Below, in pieces: positions 8,701 through 16,596 of a DNA stretch of 64,000 bases (position 1 is the first letter of the stretch; every line of letters starts with the position of its first letter). The notes beneath the pieces were generated by a model, which saw only the letters and a list, made by a program, of their open reading frames with translations, had not been told where the DNA came from and did no database searches. The stretch is from a virus. The DNA lies in IMG/VR virus record IMGVR_UViG_3300022842_000007, positions 1-64,000 of that record. One strand, 5' to 3'. Made by a program: the position numbers and the translations under genes.

Positions 8701-10507
8701 TGTTATTTGGGAAAAAGGATTTAAGAACATAAACTACATTGAAACTGAGGCTGTTGCTATTAAAGCAAACTTAGATATGTTCTACGTAGATAGAGGTAAC
8801 AAAGAATCGAAAGAACGATTTGAGCAACTGCAACTTCGTTATCCTAATATACAGAAAACAAGATACTTAAACTCATGGGTAGAAACTACTCGTAGGTGTA
8901 TAAACAGATCAACAACCACATTGCTTTGGGTGTTAAATTCTGAGTTAGATTATGCAGAGTTTGATTTTGATTATTATCCCAACCCATGGCAGATGAAGAT
9001 GGTACACGTGTTCGGAACTCAATGGTCACATTGGGGGACAACTTACCTTGTCAGTAGAGAAACATTTAACGAAGATACGAAATTCATTCGTGTTATCGAA
9101 CATTTAAATAATCTAAACTTTGTCAAAGAGATTCGTGCCAAAGCAACAGAATGTGTATATGATGTTGTCGTGGTAGATCATGGCAATAAAGAAACAGACG
9201 CGGTTGTTAAACAACTTCAAGAGAAAGCACCAAGACAGCGGCTGACTACTATCGAACACGATACTGATTACCTTGTCACGTTAAAAAATATCATAGCCAA
9301 ATTACCTAAACGCAAGGAGCATTATATATGGATAGCATCATCTATTTGCGATTACAACGACTTTGATCTATCCTATATATGTGATCCGTTTGCACGTGAC
9401 CAGTTACATGTCTTTCCTAGCGACAAACAAAAGTTTGGAGATACATTCTTTATTGACGTAAACAAGACACGTGAAATTATCGATGGTATGACATCATTAG
9501 AAGATTATGAGAAGATAAACTACAATCAAACACTGCGTACACATCGCCTAAGGCCTCCTGTAATCATTTCTCCAGGTGATACGCACATGAAGACGATCAA
9601 AGACATTACTAACTTTCCTTATGCAGTATTAGTAGCAGAAACAGACAAAGATATACAAGTGGTAGACGAAGAACCAATGTCATTGTGGTCACAAGATAAA
9701 AAGAACATCATCGTCACTTCAACTGGTGCAACACGAATCATTGTTCCTCGCGAAGTTAAGGATGTGGTCAAGAAAGAACTGTATGAATATCCATATATCA
9801 AGAATGCGAATAGACTTGCGTTATCTAAACCAATGGACATAGTGTTTCTCTCTAATGGAGAAACAGGTGCAGAGGAAAACTGGGAGCATCTGCAAAAGAT
9901 AACCAAGAACTTACCGAATCGAGTAGTAAGAGTTGATGGCGTTGATGGCAGAGTAAAAGCATATCATGCCTCAGCAGAAGCAAGCGAGACACCATGGGCA
10001 TTTACAGTCTTTGCTAAACTTAAAGTCTCGCCCAAGTTTGACTTTAACTGGCAACCAGATCGTATGCAAAGACAGAAACATTATATCTTTGAAGCAAAGA
10101 ATCCAGTTACTGGTCTAGTCTATGGACATCAGGCTATGATTGCATACAACAAAGAACTAACTCTTAGCAACTATGGTTATGGCCTAGACTTCACACTAGA
10201 TGATGACCATGCAAGTATTTCGTTGTTGTCGGGCATTGCAAAGTACAACACTGATGCATTCTCAACGTGGCGCACAGCATTTAGAGAAGTGATTAAACTA
10301 TTGTGTGATGATACAGAGATAAGCAAGACTCGTTTAGATACATGGTTGAATATAGCAGATCCAGATCAGCCTTTCTTCCAAGAATCGATTAAGGGTGCAA
10401 TATGTGGAGAAGAATACTTTGAAGAAGTCGATGGAGATTTCGAGAAGTTGCGTTTAAGTTATGAATGGAAATGGCTTGCAGAAAGGTATGCAGAAGTTTC
10501 TTATTAA
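5756..10507 (+). CDS. Giant tandem-repeat protein with degenerate GT-A-like modules
   Basis: Twelve ~67-70-aa repeats (FDFSWHPD...YQFG...GP.Y...GA...KY) followed by GT-like modules (DIVFLSNGE...RVDGVDG...WRTAFREVIKL). Confidence 0.75.
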   Translation: MLRDVFYFGEKPNVHPREQHVKDIDVARQLSTTLHFWIIDEFCEYANFDWEFDFDFLPDEDVWAEEHNNIWPSKHQKDSGTWLCPKEESQIRVYRADVNPINRKREPNAYWKFLDTVDKKSIDFSWHPDPTDPPYIYKWGSKFAPVELATVLEYHTPGNNGVVKNLNTTISLLPNNDCITVHQPINTDRWDMSWRPDPMDEPYIYVWGNKWISGELEPTLTYTVEGATEHKYMANAIPVLPQDDRWEILTAIDEETFDFSWRPDPREPAFIYVFGNHLYEGSIMPTLRYTMPDATEIKYVYDIKPTLAQKPELFEHLEDIDQTLFDYSWRPNPTAPAYMYAWGNQWNEAQDKVSVQFVVEDATEYQYMEEKTTRKACKDNWIVPTNLDTRAFDFSWEPSPNEPAMIHEFGTQWQKTGGPQYHVEGAVEIKYENASKANILPSDKSNWTVPSNIDADTFDFSWHPDATSPPYVYHFPTQWALSGGPQYHVDGADETKYVEDQVAKAKANKEYWEFDSTILDEGDFDYSWHPYAEDEPFIYQFGTQHQKTGGHKYMTPGTHEGSAVKYIDPRIAKSKRLPDPNNRYWGTLGNYKIKDFDYSWHHDETDEAFVYHFGNKYYSAQEMPTVEYRVPNAVQIKYINSIVAELQPVKEGWTIPADIDDSEFDYSWRPSPLEDQAYVYQFGTQWQKTDGPSYKVEGATDIKYVEGNTAKKKPDQLKWDIPIGIDVDDFDFSWHPDSTETSPFIYQFGTQWALTGGPSYIVKDATEVKYVEEPIAKTLVNMENWEVPTDVDSFDFSWHPYTQDDPFIYQFGTQHQKTDGPRYIVPGATQVKYVDTRIIKARKLANSKRMHWVIPDDCDVDTFDFSWHPDSTASPAIYQFGSVTGKDDGPKYITPGNSGEVLYLQNIKSDGVMPAELEVYFIKTTLEDLIAEHKGEVFWAINIDLVYTDFDFSWRPDVYQSNYIHAFGSKDNIDTQTYFVNAVIWEKGFKNINYIETEAVAIKANLDMFYVDRGNKESKERFEQLQLRYPNIQKTRYLNSWVETTRRCINRSTTTLLWVLNSELDYAEFDFDYYPNPWQMKMVHVFGTQWSHWGTTYLVSRETFNEDTKFIRVIEHLNNLNFVKEIRAKATECVYDVVVVDHGNKETDAVVKQLQEKAPRQRLTTIEHDTDYLVTLKNIIAKLPKRKEHYIWIASSICDYNDFDLSYICDPFARDQLHVFPSDKQKFGDTFFIDVNKTREIIDGMTSLEDYEKINYNQTLRTHRLRPPVIISPGDTHMKTIKDITNFPYAVLVAETDKDIQVVDEEPMSLWSQDKKNIIVTSTGATRIIVPREVKDVVKKELYEYPYIKNANRLALSKPMDIVFLSNGETGAEENWEHLQKITKNLPNRVVRVDGVDGRVKAYHASAEASETPWAFTVFAKLKVSPKFDFNWQPDRMQRQKHYIFEAKNPVTGLVYGHQAMIAYNKELTLSNYGYGLDFTLDDDHASISLLSGIAKYNTDAFSTWRTAFREVIKLLCDDTEISKTRLDTWLNIADPDQPFFQESIKGAICGEEYFEEVDGDFEKLRLSYEWKWLAERYAEVSY
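6085..8470 (+). repeat. Array of 12 imperfect ~200-bp coding repeats
   Basis: D(F/Y/M)SW(H/R/E)(P/H) recurs 12 times at regular spacing; boundaries approximate. Confidence 0.85.
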
Positions 10508-10510
10508 AGT

Positions 10511-11758
10511 TTAATCGTACTCACCATATAGGTCTTCTTCTGCCCCGTTTTCAGGGTTATCATCTGCGTAGTGTGGTAAATATGTGTTATAAGCCGTAAC
10601 AAGTTCTTTATGCCTGTCTGCAATCTCTTGTGGCAAGTCCATCTCCTCATCTTGTGGGTCCATAATATTACTGTAGGCCCACTCTACGCCTTTATTTCCC
10701 TCTGGAGTGACAGCATACACTACCAGTTGTAATTTATTAACCTCGGTAGCCTGATTATCAGGTTCTCCGCAACTGTCGCATTCTTTAAATCCATATTTCT
10801 CAAGATCATCCCGCGTCGTCCCATCCCGGTATGTTAATTTCTTTACTATCTCACCACCACAATACTGGCATGATACATCAACTTTTATTGGTGGCGTAAA
10901 ATTGAATATAAGGATAGACTGGCCTTCAAATGGTTTGCTGTATTCATCGAAATAATTGGTTGATTCGGTTGACGCAGTACACCATTGAGTACCTTGTCCG
11001 TAATAACAGGCGGCTGCTTCGTCCTTCGGCCAATAAACAGTCATTACGTCATCTTTGTAAAGAATTTGTGCATCGCCCTTACCCAGTTTAGCTGGTTTGC
11101 CGTACTCTTTATGAAGTAGTTGAGCCCATCTTGAAAACGCCACAGCAGTGGGGTATTGTCGAATATCTCTCTTGTCAACAGGTAACCTTGCTTTCATGCG
11201 TTCAAATTTACCCAGTCCATCAGCTAATGTTGCTCGACCATCTTCTATGTTTGGAAAGTTTCCGGTACCAAACTCGTTTGAAGAGATATACCATTTAATG
11301 ATTTGTAATGTGTACTTTTTACTCTGAGTTGGATCGAATTGTTCAAGTATGCTTATTAAGGCAGTCGCTATCTGATCTTGTAATTCCGATATTGCTTGAT
11401 TAACATACCCTTCTATCGCTTTATTCATAGATCCATCTAATACGTTAAGTGCTTGGTTGTCTGAGGTTCCATGATCCATTAGTCTATTATAGACGTATGG
11501 ATGAAGTATGTGCAATGCCGTAACTTGATAATCATTCAACGTACTTTTCCAAATTATTGCGCGAGATTCATCTGAGTTAGGGGCACTTCTAAAAAAGTTC
11601 CTCAACTCTGAATCATCATCGCCAGCGGCCGGAAGATCGCCTAGGTGATTTGCAAAGCTTTTTAGGTCTAGTTTCTGTACGATTTTATTGCCAAGTTTCT
11701 GTACTGTCGCTTGAGTGTTGTACTCTAATAATATATGTTTGAATTCATAATAACGCAT
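10511..11758 (-). CDS. Hypothetical protein, probably head-packaged, with a WCTA motif and an inserted Zn ribbon
   Basis: N-terminus MRYYEFKHILLE; AACYYGQGTQWCTAS; CQYC...CDSC; TAAATA 4 nt upstream of ATG. Confidence 0.7.
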   Translation of the reverse strand: MRYYEFKHILLEYNTQATVQKLGNKIVQKLDLKSFANHLGDLPAAGDDDSELRNFFRSAPNSDESRAIIWKSTLNDYQVTALHILHPYVYNRLMDHGTSDNQALNVLDGSMNKAIEGYVNQAISELQDQIATALISILEQFDPTQSKKYTLQIIKWYISSNEFGTGNFPNIEDGRATLADGLGKFERMKARLPVDKRDIRQYPTAVAFSRWAQLLHKEYGKPAKLGKGDAQILYKDDVMTVYWPKDEAAACYYGQGTQWCTASTESTNYFDEYSKPFEGQSILIFNFTPPIKVDVSCQYCGGEIVKKLTYRDGTTRDDLEKYGFKECDSCGEPDNQATEVNKLQLVVYAVTPEGNKGVEWAYSNIMDPQDEEMDLPQEIADRHKELVTAYNTYLPHYADDNPENGAEEDLYGEYD

Positions 11759-11833
11759 TATGTATTTAGCTAAAACAGTTTACCCAGAAAGATTGTTATT
11801 GTATAGGATCAATGTATAATGCTAAATAGATTC

Positions 11834-12124
11834 GATTGTTGTATGAAGTGAAGTGAAAGGTGTTTTGGACGCCGGTTCGACTCCGGCCATCTCCACCAAA
11901 AGCATATTGGATAAGGGTAGTATGCTTTTGATGGGGATGCAACGGGATTCGACAGAGCAATTATTAATGGAACGGACAACACAGTAGGCGATGACTGTAA
12001 ATCAAGCAGAAACTATAATTGACAAAAACAATTATGCAATGGAAGATTACGCACTAGCTGCCTAATCCCCCGAGGCTAATCACCTCGTCACCAAACGATA
12101 GAGGGGGAATCCAAGTTCCCCCTC
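11834..12124 (+). ncRNA. ssrA: Circularly permuted (two-piece) tmRNA
   Basis: The acceptor piece comes first: T-arm GCCGG-TTCGACT-CCGGC then CATCTCC-A-CCA ending 11898. A hairpin intervening segment follows, then the 5' end GGGGATG (11933) with GGATTCGAC. The acceptor stem has the G3-U70 Ala determinant. Tag ORF 12021-12065 encodes DKNNYAMEDYALAA*; terminal hairpin 12101-12124. Outer ends approximate. Confidence 0.92.
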
Positions 12125-12164
12125 GCCTATTTCTCACTCCCACTACCCAGCGATAAATACTTGC

Positions 12165-13388
12165 ATGAATATACTTGAACTGGAAAAATTTAAGATCGAA
12201 GATGCAATCAACTTCCACGATGAATACAATCCTTGGTTATTTGACGGCGACAAACTAAAACCTGTCATTAAGAAGCAACTAGAAACTATTTCAAATGATT
12301 TTGTTGAATACATGGGAATACCTGATCTCGCATTAGAAGACATCATCATCACAGGATCTAATGTAGCATACACATACACACCTCACAGTGACATTGATTT
12401 ACATTTGCTTGTAGATTTTAGTAAATTGTCAGACTCAGATGTGTATCGAGAATTATTCAATGCGAAGAAATCTCTCTATAATAATACGTATGACATTACT
12501 ATCAGAGATATTACGGTTGAACTCTATGTTCAAGATACAGCACAAGCCCACACCAGTTTAGGTGAATACAGTTTATTCCAAGACAAATTCACCCGTATAC
12601 CTACAAAGAAACGCGCAAACTTAGATGAAATCTCAGCCGCCGCAAAGTTTGAAAAATTAGAAGCAATGGCGATTGAAGGATTAGCATCTCCTGACATGGA
12701 ACGAGTTAATCGAGTGCTTGGAATCATTAAACGATATCGTCAAGCAGGATTAGATACTCATGGCGAGTTTGGTCCAGAGAATTTGGCCTTTAAGGCAATC
12801 AGATCAAAGGGATATTTTCGAGCGTTACACGATCATAAGAACAAATTAAGAGCAGATCAACTATCACTCGAAGAAGAATTCTTCCGCAGAACGTTCGAAG
12901 AATCACTTGGTGTTGGTTTGATTGAAGAAAGGCCCAATATTCCTGCATCGACTGCCGATGATCTCGCAATGAAATATGAGGTAAGTAAAAGAGAAGTAGC
13001 AAAACAAATAGACCTGGGCACTAGAATTGAAATGGCATCTAATCCTAACGTTACTGCTATCTCCACTAATCTTAGAAGAGAGCAAGCAAGGGCAATTGCG
13101 ATTGCAAATATAAACATAAAACTTGAATACTATCCAAAAATGATCGTTTTTAGAAAAGAGGTTGCTAGATTAAAAAGAGAACAGCCTAACACTGATACAG
13201 ACGATAATGAAATGATGGAAGCATCTGGTTATATACCAAGTGAAAAGCAAAAGAATGATCCTAGATGGTCATATGCGTTGACCAAAGATGTCAGACCCGA
13301 CACCATGCAAAAAGGTGCCAAAGCAATGGGACTCGGCAATATTTCACGTGCAGGTGTTCCTCCTCTCTTGCGTCCCGGCAAGAAATAA
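12165..13388 (+). CDS. Pol-beta-superfamily nucleotidyltransferase with extra C-terminal modules
   Basis: ITGSN...SDIDLHL (hGS...DxD) and VELYVQ; TAAATA 5 nt before ATG. Confidence 0.75.
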   Translation: MNILELEKFKIEDAINFHDEYNPWLFDGDKLKPVIKKQLETISNDFVEYMGIPDLALEDIIITGSNVAYTYTPHSDIDLHLLVDFSKLSDSDVYRELFNAKKSLYNNTYDITIRDITVELYVQDTAQAHTSLGEYSLFQDKFTRIPTKKRANLDEISAAAKFEKLEAMAIEGLASPDMERVNRVLGIIKRYRQAGLDTHGEFGPENLAFKAIRSKGYFRALHDHKNKLRADQLSLEEEFFRRTFEESLGVGLIEERPNIPASTADDLAMKYEVSKREVAKQIDLGTRIEMASNPNVTAISTNLRREQARAIAIANINIKLEYYPKMIVFRKEVARLKREQPNTDTDDNEMMEASGYIPSEKQKNDPRWSYALTKDVRPDTMQKGAKAMGLGNISRAGVPPLLRPGKK

Positions 13389-13393
13389 CTCCA

Positions 13394-13594
13394 TTGGCCA
13401 GGCGTGGCAGGAAAGTACCTGCGATAGATCCTGCGACTATTCAATCACCGTGCATTAGTATATGCGTCTTTAACGAAGATGACTACTGTGTCGGTTGTAA
13501 GCGATCAATGAACGAAGTAGGTGATTGGCATCGATACTCTGAAGAGATGAAAGCGGCCGTGACTTTAGACCTCATTGAAAGAAAATTGCAATAA
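13394..13594 (+). CDS. DUF1289-like small Cys protein
   Basis: IQSPCISIC...YCVGCKRSMNEVGDW; probable TTG start at 13394. Confidence 0.75.
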   Translation: MARRGRKVPAIDPATIQSPCISICVFNEDDYCVGCKRSMNEVGDWHRYSEEMKAAVTLDLIERKLQ

Positions 13595-13598
13595 GGCA

Positions 13599-13626
13599 TT
13601 GACAAATTAGGTAAAGGATGTATAAT
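13599..13626 (+). promoter_or_regulatory. sigma70-type early promoter
   Basis: TTGACA-N16-TATAAT. Confidence 0.8.
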
Positions 13627-13741
13627 CAATGTTTGAAGCCAAAATATAAACGCGCATCACGCGCCAATATAAGGAGTTTACACAATTCAAGTCATGAATG
13701 CTATGTATAGGTATTATACATAATAAATATGACTAGAGTGT

Positions 13742-13769
13742 TTGACAAATTGGGTAAATGATGTATAAT
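13742..13769 (+). promoter_or_regulatory. sigma70-type early promoter, near-copy of 13599
   Basis: TTGACAaattgggtaaatgatgTATAAT. Confidence 0.8.
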
Positions 13770-13803
13770 CATCGCTCTATTAATCAATAAAGAGATTAAG
13801 ATT

Positions 13804-14001
13804 ATGTCAAGGAAAACAGTCTTTCACGTTACAACTGAAGAGTCAACTGGCAGAAAGATCGCCAGTTGCTGGAGCATGTCACAACAAGACGGCTCATTCC
13901 CATACTCAATTTATGTTTCAGACGCACACATCGCTGAAATGAAATTGGATCCTGAGGTAATTATTGTCGATGGCGAAGTAAAAGAAGAGGTTACATCATG
14001 A
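13804..14001 (+). CDS. Small early hypothetical protein
   Basis: First ORF after the promoter; coupled to the next ORF. Confidence 0.65.
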   Translation: MSRKTVFHVTTEESTGRKIASCWSMSQQDGSFPYSIYVSDAHIAEMKLDPEVIIVDGEVKEEVTS

Positions 14002-14249
14002 GCGAATATATCGAAAGCGGTAAACCAGAAGTACTCGAAGAGTACAGCGACATAGCAAGCGAAATACTCGCAGACGCAGACATGTACCCACGCGAACAGT
14101 TAGAGGGTGAGTACGAAGGCGAATACGAAGGCGAGTTCGATGACTCTGGTGCTGAATTGGTCAGCCAAGCAGAGTTTGATCGGCTCATGAATGAAGGCCG
14201 CGTTGTAGGCAAGGAGCACCTTAAAGGTAGCCTGGACCTACTAATTTAA
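13998..14249 (+). CDS. Small acidic early hypothetical protein
   Basis: GAGG SD, ATGA overlap, EGEY repeats. Confidence 0.7.
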   Translation: MSEYIESGKPEVLEEYSDIASEILADADMYPREQLEGEYEGEYEGEFDDSGAELVSQAEFDRLMNEGRVVGKEHLKGSLDLLI

Positions 14250-14267
14250 CTACAGGAAATAGGAGTC

Positions 14268-14612
14268 ATGAAAAACGTTAAGAGCAATATATTAATTGTA
14301 ATGATCACTGCACTACTATCAGTGTCTGCTTTTGCAGTAGATGATTCGATAAGACTTGCTTGTTACAAGTATGGAATGGCTAGTGCTTACTGGACCCACG
14401 GTATTAAAACTGCGCGGTATTACTCGCTCATCAAAATCCAACTAACACCTGATCAGATGCATGATCTTTGTTCAACCGACTTATACATTTATGATTTCAC
14501 ACAAGGCAATTTGATAACAAACAAGTACACGGCAGGCATGAATTTTGGACAGATCAAATTTATGTACAAAAGAGGAAAGGATGATATGGTGATCATGCTT
14601 AAAATCCTCTAA
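14268..14612 (+). CDS. Hypothetical exported protein
   Basis: AGGAG SD; Sec signal MKNVKSNILIVMITALLSVSAFA. Confidence 0.7.
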   Translation: MKNVKSNILIVMITALLSVSAFAVDDSIRLACYKYGMASAYWTHGIKTARYYSLIKIQLTPDQMHDLCSTDLYIYDFTQGNLITNKYTAGMNFGQIKFMYKRGKDDMVIMLKIL

Positions 14613-14705
14613 TAAACCAAACCCATGGCTTTACGTTGAAGGGCCACTTTACGATACTTATGATGAAGCACTAGAAGCATATGATCGTGGCAACTTGAAA
14701 AAAGC

Positions 14706-14734
14706 TTGACTTTGTAATTAAACATCTTTATACT
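14706..14734 (+). promoter_or_regulatory. sigma70-type promoter
   Basis: TTGACT-N17-TATACT. Confidence 0.7.
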
Positions 14735-14767
14735 GCATACACAAATTCAAATATATAGGTAATACAA

Positions 14768-15865
14768 ATGTCTCAACTAACCGATACACTGACTGTAACT
14801 ACAGTCTCCGCAAAAAAATCAATTATAAAATGTTTCAAGAAGAAACGTCCATTATTCATATGGGGGCCGCCAGGTATTGGCAAGTCTGAAATAGTTGAAG
14901 AAGTTGCTGAAGAACTTGGTGGTATTGTAATTGATCTGCGTATGGCACAGATGGAGCCTACTGATATTCGAGGTATCCCCTTCTTCAACAAAGACTTATG
15001 CGTTATGGATTGGGCTCCCCCAATCGAACTTCCTTCTGAAGCGTTTGCCGCTCAATACTCTATCGTAGTCTTATTCTTAGACGAAATGAATTCAGCTATG
15101 CCCTCAGTACAGGCTGTAGGGTATCAGTTAATACTTAACCGCAGAGTTGGTAAGTATGTTCTCCCAGACAATGTTGTGCTTGTCGCGGCAGGTAATAGAG
15201 ATTCTGACAAAGGTGTCACTTATCGAATGCCACTGCCTTTAGCTAACAGATTCATTCACATAGAATTGCGTCCTGATTTCGCGGCTTGGCTGGATTGGGC
15301 TACAACGAACCGCATACACAAAGATGTTGTTGGTTACTTGTCATTTGCAAAGCAAGATTTGTATGACTTTAATGCAAAATCTTCTAGTAGAGCATTTGCT
15401 ACTCCTAGAACATGGACTTTTGTAAGCCAGTTATTAGAAGATGATGATTGTGATGCAGAGACTCTTTTCCATCTTGTGGCAGGAACGATTGGTGAAGGTC
15501 TTGCTACTAAGTTTATGGCACATCGTAAGATTGCTAGTAGAATGCCGAACCCAACAGATATTCTGTCAGGTAAGGTGAAAGAACTTCAGGTGAAAGAAAT
15601 TTCTGCAATGTACTCTTTGACTGTTTCAATGTGCTATGAACTTAAAGATAGCCTGGACAACAAAAGAGTTAACTCGAAAGAGTTTCATAAAATGTGTGAT
15701 AACTTCTTTGGTTACATGATGGCTAACTTTGAAACTGAACTAGTAGTGATGGGAGCAAAAGTTGCTCTTAAAAATTACAAGTTGCCAATTGAACCTTCTC
15801 GATTGAGAAACTTTGATGAGTTTCATAAGAGATATGGAAGCTACATAGTTGAGGCAGGCAACTAA
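14768..15865 (+). CDS. MoxR-like AAA+ ATPase
   Basis: GPPGIGKS, LFLDEMN, AAGNR, LANRF, ATPRTW. Confidence 0.88.
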   Translation: MSQLTDTLTVTTVSAKKSIIKCFKKKRPLFIWGPPGIGKSEIVEEVAEELGGIVIDLRMAQMEPTDIRGIPFFNKDLCVMDWAPPIELPSEAFAAQYSIVVLFLDEMNSAMPSVQAVGYQLILNRRVGKYVLPDNVVLVAAGNRDSDKGVTYRMPLPLANRFIHIELRPDFAAWLDWATTNRIHKDVVGYLSFAKQDLYDFNAKSSSRAFATPRTWTFVSQLLEDDDCDAETLFHLVAGTIGEGLATKFMAHRKIASRMPNPTDILSGKVKELQVKEISAMYSLTVSMCYELKDSLDNKRVNSKEFHKMCDNFFGYMMANFETELVVMGAKVALKNYKLPIEPSRLRNFDEFHKRYGSYIVEAGN

Positions 15866-15867
15866 AG

Positions 15868-16461
15868 ATGCGCAGTGATTACAAGTATATCTACGAACCT
15901 GATTTTCTAAGTCAAGACTTGCATGAGTTAATGCTTGACCCTGAAAATCAGCGAGCAGATAAGCCTGGAGCAATAATCACAGAATCTGGCCAAATTTGGC
16001 CCGTCTCTGATAACCTAATCAAAAACTATTGCTCTGATCAATCTGTCTTGCATTCCTTTTTACCTTTACCTTTTGTCCAACTTTTGAAGGAGATGCGAGT
16101 TGTATTGATCGAGCAAGGCATGACAGATCCTAAGGTAAGACATTTAACGACTATGATTAATCCTGAAGAGGCGAAACCAGGCGAACTCAGTCATGGATGG
16201 CACAAGGATTATAATGTTGAAAAAGTAATCACTGATCCAATGAAGTTGTGGATCACCTTTTTTACCTTAACTCCAAATGCTGTTAATTCAAAAATATCAA
16301 TGTCTCCTACAGCAGATGGTCCCTCTCAATGGGGCATAGGAACAGAAGCAACATTGCACAGTAATACTTTTCTTGGACACAATTTTAATATCGGTCATCA
16401 CTACAAAGAGAGTACTGATGACGAATTAAACATGATTTACATCAGATGGTATGATGAATGA
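15868..16461 (+). CDS. Hypothetical protein, possible 2OG-Fe(II)/cupin fold
   Basis: GWHKD (HxD) and a distal His; lies between the MoxR and VWA genes. Confidence 0.5.
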   Translation: MRSDYKYIYEPDFLSQDLHELMLDPENQRADKPGAIITESGQIWPVSDNLIKNYCSDQSVLHSFLPLPFVQLLKEMRVVLIEQGMTDPKVRHLTTMINPEEAKPGELSHGWHKDYNVEKVITDPMKLWITFFTLTPNAVNSKISMSPTADGPSQWGIGTEATLHSNTFLGHNFNIGHHYKESTDDELNMIYIRWYDE

Positions 16462-16492
16462 TTAACTGGGTTTGCAACTAAGATGCACACCT

Positions 16493-16539
16493 GGGAGAGA
16501 ATAAGGTTTGAGACTCCTTATTCTCTCCCGAACTTTTTA
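16493..16539 (+). terminator. Long hairpin, probable intrinsic terminator
   Basis: GGGAGAGAATAAGG...CCTTATTCTCTCCC followed by a T-run. Confidence 0.75.
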
Positions 16540-16540
16540 C

Positions 16541-16569
16541 TTGACCTTTCCCGCGTAAGTTTGTACAAT
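16541..16569 (+). promoter_or_regulatory. sigma70-type promoter
   Basis: TTGACC-N17-TACAAT directly after the hairpin. Confidence 0.7.
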
Positions 16570-16596
16570 AGAGTTAATATATTACAGGAACTGATT

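Noticed and set aside
11866-11898. Possible stand-alone tRNA
   Set aside because: There is no D-arm or anticodon arm upstream; the pairing partner of the acceptor stem lies downstream, which fits a permuted tmRNA.
16483-16596. N-terminal extension of the VWA ORF given in the track
   Set aside because: It overlaps a terminator hairpin and a promoter; the ATG at 16597 has an SD.
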